From: Azolla caroliniana
Taxonomy: Eukaryota; Plantae; Polypodiophyta
Assembly (NCBI GenBank): GCA_043228905.1
Contig: JBHGNT010000005.1
Span: forward strand, 15,934,001 to 15,998,000
Direction: 5' to 3'
DNA length: 64,000 nucleotides
Position 1 is the stretch's first letter. Each line of letters opens with the position of its first letter. Position numbers and translations under genes: made by a program. The notes under the pieces are model-generated. The model ran no database searches. It saw only the letters and a program-made list of their open reading frames with translations, and had not been told where the DNA came from. This document shows positions 1-12,700 of the stretch, one piece after another.

Positions 1-12
1 CGGCATCTGAGG

Positions 13-2085
13 GTGTTCGGGTGTCTCGCGTACGTGCATGTAGCAAAGGACCGGAGAGGAAAGCTAGATCCAAAGACCCGGCCATGCATATTCCTCGGTT
101 ACGGTGACGATGAGTTCGGCTACCAAGTGTGGGACCCGGTCGACAAGAAGGTATTCCGGAGTCGAGATATTATCTTCATGGAGGACAAGATGCTCGCCGA
201 TTGGGAGTCGGAGAAGAAGATAATGAACTCCGAGTCGACTGGTAAGGATAGACTCTACAATGAGCAGACCCAACCGGCAAGAGACCGGTTAGCACTCGAG
301 GAACCAGCCGGTTACGGTGAGGATACCGAACCGGCAGAAGAAGAAGTAGAGGAAGCTGAGACCGGAACCGGTCAAGACCCCGAATCGGATTCGGATGAAG
401 AGCAAATGGAGGAACCGATTACCGAAGCCCGAAGACGTAGATATCCTCTCAGAGAGAGAAGGGCGCCCCGGAGATTTCCGGATGCAGAGCATGTCCTGCT
501 AACCGATGAGGGGGAGCCGGAAAGCTTCAAAGAAGCGAAGGTTGACACCCACAGCCGAAAATGGTCAAGTGCCATGCAGGATGAGATGGATTCCCTGCAT
601 GAGAACCATACGTACGAATTGGTGGAGCTGCCGAAAGGAAAGCGGGCACTCCGAAACAAGTGGGTATTCAAGTTGAAACCGGGAGATGCCGGCAACCCCC
701 CGAGATACAAAGCCAGGATCGTGGTGAAGGGGTTCCAGCAGAAGAAGGGCGTGGACTTTGACGAAATATTCGGCCCGGTAGTAAAGATGACCTCCATCCG
801 GACGGTGCTGAGTATAGCAGCAAGCATGGATCTCGAGGTAGAGCAGCTGGACGTGAAGACGACATTCCTTCACGGCGACCTCGAAGAGGAGATCTACATG
901 CAGCAACTGGAAGGATTTGTGGAGAAAGGGAAGGAGCACCTGGTATGCCGGTTGAAGAAGAGCCTATACGGACTGAAGCAGGCTCCCCGGCAATGGTATC
1001 GGAAGTTCGACTCCTTCATGACCGATCAAGGGTACCACAAGACGCAGGCCGATCACTGCGTGTTTGTGAAGAAGTTCGAAGGAGGGGACTTCCTGATACT
1101 CCTCCTGTACGTGGATGACATGTTGATCGTCGGACGAGACCAAGGAAAAATACGGATGCTGAAGAAGGCTCTCAACCGGACCTTCTCAATGAAGGACTTG
1201 GGTCCGGCAAGACAGATGTTGGGGATGCACATCATTCGGGACCGGTCAGTGAAGCAACTATGGCTGTCACAGGAGAAGTATGTGACAAAGGTGCTTCACC
1301 GGTTCAACATGTCAGATGCAAAACTGGTCGGATCGACACTTCCGGCAAACTGCAAGTTGTCCGGCAAGCAAAGCCCGAAGACAAAAGGAGAGAAGGCAGA
1401 TATGATGAAGATTCCATATGCCTCTGCCGTCGGGAGCTTGATGTACGCAATGGTTTGTACCCGACCGGACATTGGATACGCAGTCAGAGTGGTGAGCCGG
1501 TTCATGAGTAATCCCGGCAAGGAGCATTGGAACGCGGTCAAGTGGATACTCCGGTATTTGAAGGGCACTTCAAATATGTGTCTCCGATTCGGCACCGGAA
1601 AACCTCAACTGGACGGTTTCACCGATTCGGACATGTCGGCTGATGTGGATACCAGCCGGTCTACATCCGGGTATGTGATGACATATGCAGGGGGAGCTGT
1701 CTCGTGGCAGTCGAGGCTGCAGAAGACGGTTGCATTGTCAACCATAGAGGCGGAGTACATGGCGGCTGTGGAAGCCGGCAAGGAAATATTATGGATGAAG
1801 GACTTCATGGGGGAGCTCGGTATCCGGCAAGAGGAATACCGACTCTACTGCGACAGTGAAAGTGCCATCCACCTTACTAAGAATGCGGCCTACCATTCCC
1901 GGACAAAGCATATCCAGCGGAGGTATCACTGGATCCGGGAAAGGGTAGATGACCAGGAGTTCACATTGGCGAAGATCCACACGGCCGAGAACGGGTCAGA
2001 TATGCTGACCAAAGTGCTGACACCCGACAAGCTGGACGCATGGCGGAAGAGGATCGGGCTGGAAAGACACCCCATGCCGGAGTGA
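13..2085 (+). CDS. Ty1/copia (Tnt1/Tork-like, copy A1) pol C-terminal part: integrase end, reverse transcriptase, RNase H; 5' part outside window
   Basis: Uninterrupted 690-aa ORF with [78 protein letters not shown]. Confidence 0.97.
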   Translation: MFGCLAYVHVAKDRRGKLDPKTRPCIFLGYGDDEFGYQVWDPVDKKVFRSRDIIFMEDKMLADWESEKKIMNSESTGKDRLYNEQTQPARDRLALEEPAGYGEDTEPAEEEVEEAETGTGQDPESDSDEEQMEEPITEARRRRYPLRERRAPRRFPDAEHVLLTDEGEPESFKEAKVDTHSRKWSSAMQDEMDSLHENHTYELVELPKGKRALRNKWVFKLKPGDAGNPPRYKARIVVKGFQQKKGVDFDEIFGPVVKMTSIRTVLSIAASMDLEVEQLDVKTTFLHGDLEEEIYMQQLEGFVEKGKEHLVCRLKKSLYGLKQAPRQWYRKFDSFMTDQGYHKTQADHCVFVKKFEGGDFLILLLYVDDMLIVGRDQGKIRMLKKALNRTFSMKDLGPARQMLGMHIIRDRSVKQLWLSQEKYVTKVLHRFNMSDAKLVGSTLPANCKLSGKQSPKTKGEKADMMKIPYASAVGSLMYAMVCTRPDIGYAVRVVSRFMSNPGKEHWNAVKWILRYLKGTSNMCLRFGTGKPQLDGFTDSDMSADVDTSRSTSGYVMTYAGGAVSWQSRLQKTVALSTIEAEYMAAVEAGKEILWMKDFMGELGIRQEEYRLYCDSESAIHLTKNAAYHSRTKHIQRRYHWIRERVDDQEFTLAKIHTAENGSDMLTKVLTPDKLDAWRKRIGLERHPMPE

Positions 2086-2095
2086 AGGGGGAGTT

Positions 2096-2737
2096 TGTTG
2101 GTAGACAGGTCCCTCCGGATGGGAAGGGAGAAGAACAGTGCCGACGAACAAACTCGGCCGAGGCCTGTCGGCCTCGGCCGAAACGGTATGAACCGAATGG
2201 GGAGAACCCGACTTCGGAGAGTCGGATGGTGTAGGCCCGGTATGAACCGGATGAGGAGTACCCGACTGCGGAGAGCCGGATGGAGCCCATCGAGGCTACA
2301 TTTGTAAATAGCCGAAAAGTCATATTAGTATAAATATGACTTAGGGCAAACTTTTAGTTTTTTTGGGTGTGTAATTGTAGTTTGTGTGATTATTCTTCCT
2401 TGTTGGTGCAAGAAGAAATTAGAGCACGTAACTGTACAGAGAGAGAGAGAGAGAGAGAGATGAGGTCGTTGCCTCTGTTGTAACCGCCGCCTGTGGCGAA
2501 GATCTGAGAGCACGAGGTCGTTGCCTCCGTGATCTCACTGTTGTATATTTCTACATAGCGACAGTTTGCAGCTTGTGGGCTGCCGTGGTTTTTCCCCTAT
2601 TTTGGGGTTTTCCACGTATACCTCCTGTGTACCATTTCTCCTCTTTTGTGTCGCGTTTCATTACCTATTTTTCTGTGTATGTAAAGAATCTCGGTTGTGG
2701 CCGAGCGTCGGACAAAAGGAACGTCAAGTTCTCAACA
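2096..2737 (+). repeat. 3' LTR of copia A1 (TG...CA), preceded by PPT AGTGAAGGGGGAG at 2081-2093
   Basis: Starts TGTTG right after the PPT and ends CAACA; homologous to 46444-47027; a different copia RT begins immediately at 2738. Confidence 0.85.
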
Positions 2738-5522
2738 CATTATACTTTACCTTGTAGATCCATTTGCAGCCGATCGCCTTCTTGTGCGGAGAGTGAGGGA
2801 CAAGATCCCATGTCTTGTTTTTGGAGAGTGCTTGCATCTCCTCATTCATCGCTTCAACCCACCTGGGGTCCTTCGCGGCTTCGGAAAACGTTTCCGGCTC
2901 CTGTATTGTCAGTACCTTCATCATAAAGGTGTAATGGTACGCCATATAATCGTTGTAGCCGAATTGGCTTACGGGGTTCCTTTCACGGGTGGATCGACGG
3001 AGCTTCTCATTCGCGGATATTAAGGCTTTCTTCGCTCCATTTGTCCGGATGTCAAGTCTTTCGAACTCACTATCAAGGGAGTTAGTCAATTCATTGCCGT
3101 TGAAGTGATCATCTTCATACTCTAGCATTTTTGGCTTCCCTTTGTCCAGCTTTGGACTTGGCCGAGATGTGCTTTGATCGCTCGGAGGCTCTTATGGCCC
3201 AATAAGCCTTGTCATAATCGGGCTTTCTTCGAACATGTGCGTGAGCCGATCTTCGACTTCTATCTCTATTTTGGTGGATTCCGGGTTGATCAAAATTGGA
3301 GTCGAAGTTGTCTCTGGTGCATACTAAGATGCGGACTCGTCGAAAACGATGTCTCGACTTACTCGAGATTTTTGAGTTGAGGGGTTATAGCACTTGTACC
3401 CCTTTTGCTCTAGTGAGTATCGTACGAGGATACATTTCTCCAACTTCGGGTCGAGCTTTTGTCGCTTCTCATCAAGGATGTGCACGTACGTAATGGAGCC
3501 AAATATTGGAACATGTGATAGGTTCGGCTTCTTTCCGAAAAACTTCTCATGCGGAGTAAGTTCGTGTGCACCCGATGTCATACACCGATTCATGAGGTAT
3601 ACGCCCGTGTTAGCTGTTTCTACCCAATACAACTTCGGCAGGTGCTTTTCGTTCATCATGGCCCGTGTTACTTCGAGGATGTGCCGATTCTTTCATTTGG
3701 TCACTCCGTTTTGTTGTGGCGTATGTCGACACAAAAACTCTCGCCGAATTCCTTCTTTACGTAGAAAAGCCGAAAATTCGTCGAAGAAGTACTCCTTGCC
3801 TCCATCCGACTGAAGACATCGTACATGTCCGGCTCTCGAAGTTCTCGGAACCATTCTTGATGAGACGTCATATGGTTCGAGGCATCGGAGTCGACGAACC
3901 ATACGTCTTTTGGACTAGATGCACTATTCGAAGTAGAGGCCGATATAGAATTTGCTCCATGTCTCATTACGAACATTCCACCACGATCGTCATAGTTGGA
4001 ATTGGTAGTGTAATTGGTTAGTTGTTGACTAGTGGAAGCCGACTCACGCATCTTCTTTCGACACTCTTCTTCGTGGTGGCCGATTGTGACACAATATCCG
4101 CATTCGATCGAGGTTTGTCCGCTCAGACAGGAATGGTGGCTCCCCCTTCTTCCGAAGGTTCCTCGATGGCCTCTGTCTTGATGCCAAAATTGCGAGTTGT
4201 TTTCGTAAGTCGGGCCTCGTCCACCTCATCCTTGGCCGAATCAGCCTCTTCTTGCACGGCTGCATCCTCTTCCTTCGTCTGAATGCATGTAGAGCATGTG
4301 GCCTTCCGATGCGTTGCTCCTTGTTTGAACATGATTGTCTTCGATCAACAACATGGATTGAAGATCGAAGAAGGATGGCAGATTCTCTCATGCTAGTACA
4401 GCGGTCCGCATTGTGCCGAATCGTGGTGCAAGGCCGCCGAGGCATATTTGCACCATTTCGTCATCCTCCAGATTGACGCTTATCAAGCCGAGTGCATCAC
4501 AAAGCTCCTTGATCTTGAAGGTGTAGCTTGTGATAGACATATCCCGTTCTTGGATGTTGTTCAACTCCTGGCGGAGTTGAAGCTTTCTTGAGGTCGTGTT
4601 GGCGGCGAAAATCTTTCGTAGATTCTCCCACGCTTCCTTCGGCGTCTCGGCTTCTTGAATGTATCCGAGCATGTGGTCGTGAGCACATGTCGCCAAGCAA
4701 TACATCACTCGGCTTGCCACTTGCTCCCATGTTGCGTAGTCGGCGGTCGGGTCGGTTTTATTGTTCTCCTTTGATGTAACCCCAATAGCCTTGGTCGACA
4801 AGGTACTGTTGCATCTTGTACTCCCAAGATGCAAAGTTGTTTTGATCTAGCTTCTCGCTAGGGCGAGCGCTCCCCATTTGAGTAGTCATTGTTGATTAAG
4901 CTTCCTTTCTTCTTTTCCTTCTCTCTCGAACATGAGCTATGTAGTGGTACTACGATAGCGATGAGCCGGTTCTTCTTGAACGTTGGCGTAGACCAAAACA
5001 CACAATTACGATGAGGCCAGTGGGCTAGATCGAGTTACCAAATCGCTCTGATACATGTAAAGAATCGACGGTGATTCTTGTGCAGTGGAATGGATGTTCC
5101 TTATGTGTGTATATGTGTGAGAAAAAAAAAGAGGACAGAAAAGAGAACTCAAGGTAGATAAATGAGAGGAAAATAGAATACTCAAGAAGAAGGTGTATAT
5201 TTCACAAGTAGAATAAGAATTTCAAAATGTAGCATAACAAGGAGTCACAACCGACTTAGTATGAAGTGCGAGGAGGGTGCTTTATATATAGTCACCCTCT
5301 CTCTTTATTAACTAACTACAACAACCACTCTGTCTCTTGGCGAATGTGAAGACTCATAGTCACAGGGAATATGTAACTCATTAGTTATGTGTCATAGAAT
5401 ATGATTCTATGACACATAGTTAATGTGTAGAGAGTAGTGGTGTGACTCTTAACATTTGAGTAATCATAGATTCTCAAAAGGCGTGTTCACACATTGCACT
5501 ATGTTGAGCTTGATTCTCAACA
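2738..5522 (-). mobile_element. Ty1/copia family B copy B1 (decayed): 5' LTR 5056-5522, Met-type PBS 5045-5055, gag, protease, partial integrase, RT start; interrupted by A1
   Basis: Minus-strand fragments [53 protein letters not shown]; LTR matches 13730-14184 and 20176-20574. Confidence 0.93.
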
Positions 5523-6072
5523 ATTCCCAACAACAAATGGGAAAGTATCTCGATGGATTTTATTGTTAGTTTACCTCGTACACAGAGGGGTCATGATGCC
5601 ATTTGGGTTGTTGTTGACAGACAAACAAAATTGGTTAGGTTTATTCCTACCAAAACCATGGTAATCGCTCAACAATTGGCTTATCAATTTGTTGATGAGT
5701 TATTTCATTTTTATGGATTACCGATGGATATTGTTAGTGATCGATATTCCAAGTTTATTAGTGACTTTTGGACTCAAGTCTTTAAGAAACTAGAAACTAC
5801 ATTGAACATGAGTTCCATAGATCATCCTCAGTATGATGGACAAACTGAACGAGTTAATCAAATTATTGAGGACATGCTTCAAGCTTATGTAGCAAAAACT
5901 GCATCTAAGTGGGAGGAATACCTTCCTATCTTAAAATTTACCTATAATAGCTCTAAACAGACATCCATTGGATATAGTCCTTTTATGTTGATGTATGGTT
6001 TTCAACCACGTGCCCCACTCGATGTCACGATTCATCGTGATACATTAGATAGTACACACAATTTTTTGCAAG
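5523..6072 (+). pseudogene. Ty3/gypsy (chromovirus-type, element F) integrase core, left half
   Basis: WESISMDFIVSLPRTQRGHDAIWVVVDR, IVSDRYSKF, HPQYDGQTERVNQ; frame HNFLQ resumes as DMNHML at 39025. Confidence 0.93.
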
Positions 6073-6534
6073 GGGTTGCAACACGCTATGGTGTACAAGA
6101 AAAGTACTGTTTTTGGCCACAAAAAACGCGAGTCCTTTCGATAGTGTTAGTACTAAATAATTGAAAAAAAATTGATTTTGGGGAGTGGGAGTGGGGGGAA
6201 CGCATGAGGAGATGTTCTTTCCATTTTCGGGGCTATTTTCCTCTCACGTGGATTTGAACATGTGTTGTTGCTTCCCTTCAAACCAACTCCTCTCCCTCTA
6301 TTCCTCTATGTTTCTTTGAGCTCTTCATCTCAGATATCCATGTCAGGTTTCGGGTTGTCCTCCCATCTCAGAGTTTTGTTATGCATGTATATAGTTAGAG
6401 TGCGTAAACCCTATCTCAGATATTTGGGTGATTCAACACTAAACATGTTTTAGGGTTTGAGTTGATGATTAAAGATTGATTTGAGGCCTCTTATAACAAC
6501 CATTAGTGACTTCTTCGAGAACAATTTCAGGCTT

Positions 6535-6725
6535 CTTCCACCGATTGCAGTTTTCATCTCGCGGTGATTTGAGGCTTATTCCACCGAGTCGAGGAACCTT
6601 CCACCGAATCGAGGCAGAATATCACACAGATTTGAGGCTCCCTCCACCGATTTGAGGCATATTATCGCTGAAATACGAGGAATCCTCCATCGATTTGAGG
6701 GTTTGTCCAATAATTGGAGGCACAA
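6535..6725. repeat. Subterminal short repeats (TCCACCGA.T(C/T)GAGG-type, about 20/40-bp period)
   Basis: Repeated ttccaccga / ctccaccgatttgagg units near the left TIR. Confidence 0.7.
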
Positions 6726-7099
6726 TACCGCATTCATCTTCATCACTTCTTCCACTCATTTGAAAGTATTCCAATACTTGTTTGAGACTTCAGCGATAAT
6801 TGATTTATTTGGTAAGCACCCCTATTCTTAATCTTGACATTTTCAGAATTCTATAGTCTCATATTTGGAAATCTATTTTTTCATTTTCAATACTAAAATC
6901 TATCATTTTCAGAAATCTGTGAATAAAGAAATGATTATTTGTCATTTTTGAAATGTATTTCTAATGTCCAAAACAAATGATTTCTCACTTTGTAGGCCGC
7001 ATTTATAAACATTTGATTGTGATTTCTTAGTGTAGTCTATATAACATTAACTACTCTCGTAAGACACTTAATTTTTTTGGATAAATCTAGTGACCATGA

Positions 7100-9700
7100 T
7101 AGTCCCCAACGAGAGTGAGTTGTTAAGTAACTCATGTATATCCGAAAGGACCAAGAGATAAGTGGTTCTTCACATAGTCCGTTATTTGGTAGAAATAACG
7201 AAGAGATTTAGTGAGGAGGATCGTAGGGATATTATATGTAGAGTGTTATACCATCAACGTTTGAATGAATACATGGGGAGAATAAAATTTAGGGACCAAT
7301 GTGTTTCAGAAGAGATTGTAGAGTCTATGAAATCATCCCTAGACTTAGTGAAAGGTGTAGAGAGCATAGACAAACTTGCTGCAAAGAGGGCAACCCTAGA
7401 CATGGTTGTTAACGGTGTGAGAAAAAAAAAATAGTGATACTAAAGTTGCCTTTGCCTTGGGTATTCAAAGAAGGAACTTGAGGAAACATCACCGAAATAT
7501 ACACTCAAGCCAATTCAAGTGGGTGGTGTTAGGACGTAGACGACGATGTGATGCCTTGTCTCAAGAGATTATTGAGAAATTGGATTCGTTTTGGGCAAGA
7601 AATACGCGTGTCTCACCAAATAAGAAGGACATGTGTAGACAACGAATAAGTCGGGGTAAGTACCAGATTCACCCTAGACAGTTCTTGGAGATAACTGAGC
7701 TATTCCATTTTTTTATATCAATTCACATTCCATAATTTTTTGTTTTGACCAAGTGTATATTAATGTTTGCTCTATATTGGCTAATGTAGGCTAAATTGTA
7801 CATGAACTTTAAAGACCAACATCCAAGCATCACTGTTGGATTTCGCAAGTTCCAAGGTTTGAAACCATATTATGTTAGAAAATTAAATGAGAGGAATACA
7901 TGTTGTTGTGTGTACCACGTGAAAATGGACATGTTAAGGCGTGGACATGTTGTGTATTGATTTTAAGGGTATACACGGGGAATTATGTGTCTGCACTTGT
8001 GAGGTTTGTAGACCAAATGGGGAGGATAATAGGTGTAATGCACGAAACATGACTTATGCATCCGTTTCTGAGTTATGGAGCTCTTGTGTTTGTGAAAAAG
8101 AACCATCATTTGAGTGGCATCGTCATACATTCTTTAAGAACATGTAAGGTTTGCCTGCTACCATTATTTTGTAGACAGGAGCTTGATGTGGGAAACAGTC
8201 ATATTGTGAAATGGAAATATTTAGATTATGTGACTGAAAATATCGGCAAGCGACTTGTTAGTAAGCGTATCAAGGAAGTATATAATGAGACATGTGCTGC
8301 TACCCTTGTCTTAGAATTTAAGAAACAACTTGGGGAGTTCATTCCACATAACTTTCGGAGTTATTGACAAAATTCACAGTTCAAGGAATGTATTAATAAC
8401 TTACCACTGGGTGTCATGGTATTCGTTTTTTATTTTGCAAAAAACTATACATTTAAAGTCAAAATGAGGTTCAATCAATGCATTGGTACAATGATCAATG
8501 TACAATACTTGTACATATTCGCTAGGTAATTTTTAATCCATATGTTTAGTACTTATAATACAATGTCTAAGGAAGTAATACTTTTGTGCTCATTATTCAC
8601 GTGAATCAGTACTACTTGTTGTAATTCTCCTACTTGTTGGGTTCAAAGTTTACATCTTAATATGGTACTCCCTATTGCATTTGTACTAATTGTTTACACA
8701 CTAATTGTTTTAGTATTCTTGCAAGACAAGTGGGTATTCTCCTATCATGTCCCCTCCAACTTAGTTCTGTTTTCCCTTGTGCATCAATACTATTTTATGT
8801 TTTCAGCTAAATAAAAAACTCTTGATAGAAAACACAGTACTATTCAAACGGATGCATGCATACTAATTATGTTTGTAACAATGTTAAGTGTTCTTGATTG
8901 ATCACATAGTACTATCCTTTCACGTGAATCTGTGCTTATTATCTTTTAATCCATGTAGGTTGTTCTCCATAGACACATTGTACTGTGTTGTGTGTTGTAT
9001 CTGTACTAAATCAATATTTATTGAATGATGTAAAGTACTCGTTGTTTAAAAAATAGTACAGTTGGTTCTTAAGAGTTTATACTAATTATCTTTTAATCCA
9101 TGTTGAGTGCTCTCCATGGACACATTGTACTGTATTGGGTGATGTATTTGTACTAAATCAGTATTAATGGATGTAAAGTACTCGTCATCAACAACATAGT
9201 ACTGTCCAATATTGAAGAGTTTGTACTAATTATCTTTTAATACATGTAGAGTGTCCTCCATGCACATTGTACTATGCTTTGTGTTTTATCCGTACTAAAT
9301 CAATATTAATGGATGTTAAGTACTCTTGGTTGACAACATAGTACTATTTATCTTTTAATCGGTGCAGAGTGTTCTCCATGGATACATTGTACTGTGCTTT
9401 GTTTTGTATTTGTATTAAATCAATATTAATGGATGTATAGTACTCTCGATTGACAACATAGTACTTTCCATTCAAGTAGTCTATACTAATCATCTTTTAC
9501 TTGTTAGTATTCTTGTTCTTCAACATAGTATTGTGCTTCAACGTAATTTTGTACAAATCCATCAGTACTAATTATGTTTCTGTCGGAGTATTGTTACTAA
9601 TGTTTGTTGGAAACCTGGGATATAAAAGCAGGTACTTCTCCCTATTCAACAATTGTATGCAATGGAACTACTTCAGGTCTGGACATGGAAAAGGAGCACC
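7100..9700 (+). pseudogene. Sola2-like DDD transposase, N-terminal and catalytic part (frameshifted, intron-containing)
   Basis: RNTCCCVYH and Cys-rich blocks; YFAKNYTFKV/NEVQSMHWYNDQCTILVHI at 8431-8520 (degenerate DFAENY...QS.HW); WNYFRSGHGKG at 9663-9695. Confidence 0.75.
8930..9500. repeat. Tandem repeat of about 118-147 bp (about 4 units), AGTACT-rich, probably intronic
   Basis: ATCTTTTAAT-type anchor recurs near 8941, 9088, 9232, 9350 and 9492 with CACATTGTACT and AAGTACTC between. Confidence 0.8.
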
Positions 9701-12700
9701 TGGTCACTACGTGTGGATCGTGCGGCGGGGTGCTCATGTAACCATGTTTGCCATTTACATGATAACCATGTTGCCAGCTCCGTCTCCGTCGCCGTCTCGC
9801 TGTCTCGCCGTCTCCGTCGACGCCTCGCCGGCTCCATCTCCGTCGCCATCGTTCGATCTTCCCATTCATTTCTGGATTGTAGCCAGTCATGAGGGAGAGC
9901 TTCATGCCTAGTCATTTGAAGAGCTCCGTTGGTTTGTGTGCATCCAACTCTCCTCGGTCAGCCACTATCTTTCCCACACATCCATATCGGCAAACAACCT
10001 CTTCGAGTAGAAATTTGCAAACTGCTGACGTCGTCTTATTTGTCAAGGCCTGTCCTTCTACTTGATTTGTCAAGTCTTCTCTTGCTAGAGCTAAGTACTT
10101 CATTTATCCCACTCCCATTGGCATCGAGACCAAATCCACCATCCATTTGAAGTGTATGGTGAGCGGGTATGTTGGCCGTAGCTCATCACGATGACGTATA
10201 TTCGAATGTACTTGGCAAATTTCGCATGTGGACACGAAATGGAGTACATCATTGTACATGCTTGGCCACCAATACTTCTCCTTCAACTTTTCGAATGTCG
10301 CCCATGTTCCTCTATGACCTACCCAAGGATTCTCGTGGAATTCGGTCATCAGCGTCACTTGCTCTTCTTTCTTTACCACCACTCGACGTGGCATTCCTGT
10401 CCTTCTTTTTGGGTGTCGCCAAAGGAATCCTAGGAATCCTCCCCTCAAGAAGTATTGGTAAGCTTTCTTCCGGATTCATAGAGCCTCCTCCTTCGTCAAT
10501 GAAGCATCCGTCGTCATTGTTCTTAAGAATCTGCCGATTAGTAACCACTCTCCTTCGTACTCGTCCTCGTTGAAGGTGTGGAGGGTTAGCGTGCCCTTGT
10601 CTTGCGCCAATAGTCGAGCAATCTTGAAGAAGTTGAGGGTGACGTCTTCATCTTCCAAAACCATGTCACCTTCATTCTCAAATCTTGCCGTCACCAGCAT
10701 GTTAGCTATGGTGTTCTTCTTCCCTGCAATGTGGCGGATCTCTAGCCTTAAATACTTGATATAGGCAATCCACCTTAGCATAGCTAGGTCTGGGGTCGCA
10801 CATCCTGAGATCATCCCGAGGATTGGGAGACAATTTGTCTCAATTATCACTTCCGACCCGATCAGGTAATCTTTGTCCGTCTTCACTACCGACACAATAC
10901 CCCAAAGTTCCCTTTTGACTTGGGCGTATCCTCGTTGTCATTCGCTGAGAACCTTTGCTCCAAACCGAATGGCATACTGCGCATTATCTTCTCCTTCTTG
11001 GTTGATGACCCACCCGATTCCGGTTGGGCTCGTATCTACAGTCACATAAATTGGCTTCCCTTCGGTATAGTCGGCCTTTCTTAGTGCTGGAGCTTCAAGA
11101 AGTAGTTTCTTCAATCTTCGCATCGCGTTTGTGTGCTCGTCTCGCCATTCTAACTTCATTCTTTTCTTTAGCAATCCATATAAAGGCCCGACGACATGAA
11201 CGTAGTGCGGAATCCAGATATGATCAAACACGCATGCTCCAATGAACCTTCGAACCTTCGTTTGGTTTACGCATTCTTCTTTCATATCCTGGATCTCATT
11301 CACCTTGGATGGCGAAGGCTTCCGTCTATATGCTCCGCACAAGTGACCTACCACCAAGATCTCTGGTTTCCTGAATGTGAATTTTTCTCCCGAAAATGTC
11401 AAATTCGCATCTTCGAGCCTTTGGAGCACCTTCTCACAATCTTTCATATGATCCACGACGAACTTTCTACACCCTTCCTTATCTTTCGATTCATCTTTCT
11501 CCTCATCTGAACATCGTTTTATCAGAATATCATCCAAGAATGGAATCGTGATGTCCGGTATGCAATCCTTCAAGACCTTGTTCATGGCATTCACCATATG
11601 AGCCACTGAGTTTGTTGCACCTTGAGGCAAGGTACACATCCACACGAGCCCGATCGGAGTCCTTATGGTTGTAATGTCACGATTGTCGATCGCCAATTGG
11701 AATTGGTCGTATCCAAAGTAGAGATCACCAATGGAGTAGATGGACCGCCCCGCAAACGCTTCGGCAAATTCGTCCACGCTCGGACTGATTCCAGCATTCC
11801 AAATTGTCACCTTGTTCACGGGTTGAAGATCTTGGATGAATCACAATGATCCATTCTTCTTCGGCACCGTGAACCACCTATTAGAATAAGGAGCATTTGA
11901 TGGTTCCAGAATTCCCATATTCACCTTCTCCTTTAAGAGCTTGATCAGCTTCGGTAGGTGTGCTCTCGGAACCGGTATTGGTTTCAAATTCCAAGGCACA
12001 TGCGGCATTGTGAAGATCACCATCGACTCTATCGTCCTTGGATCAGCACATCCGATTTCTTGTGGGAAAAATGCGAAAGCCTTCCCATGTCTCTCGAGCA
12101 TGTCACAAAACATTCGCTCCTCTTCAAGGAGGAGGAAATCCTCCCTTCCAACTCGTAGCTTTCCTTTCGTCTCTTCGACGAAGACATGACCTATTGCTTT
12201 TGGATATCTTAAGCTTGGATTATTAGTGACTTCCTTCATCTTTTGCCAGCTATCTTCCAGTAGCGGAACCGCAACTAGCTTGATCTTCCTATCCACCATT
12301 TTATATTTTGTGTTGATGTTAGCTTCCTTCATCTAGACGCTTTGATGATATTCATTGATGATAGCGTACATGTTGATGGAGTTAACCGAAATCACGTGTT
12401 GATCGTGAAGATAGCTCAAGTCCACGACATCCTCGATTTTGATGATGGTGTCATTAAATGAGGCTTCTTCCATAAAATGAGTCACGAACTCTTCTTCTTC
12501 TATTATTTTTTCTTCTTTCAGTATCTTCTCGAAGACTTGTATCTGATGCTTGTCCTTCTTGTCGGGTAGTACTAGTTTACATGTGCCACTAGGTGTGACA
12601 CATGTTGCTTCTCCTCTCAATCCACGCGCTCTACCTTCTTGTGGGGACTTGTGATCGCTTGGACTATTTGTGTCCCATGTTTCAATAGTCCGCTCTAAAA

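Noticed and set aside
9501-9911. 136-aa ORF as a novel gene
   Set aside because: Chimera of intron, transposase WNYF.SGHGKG and the antisense of the gypsy C end
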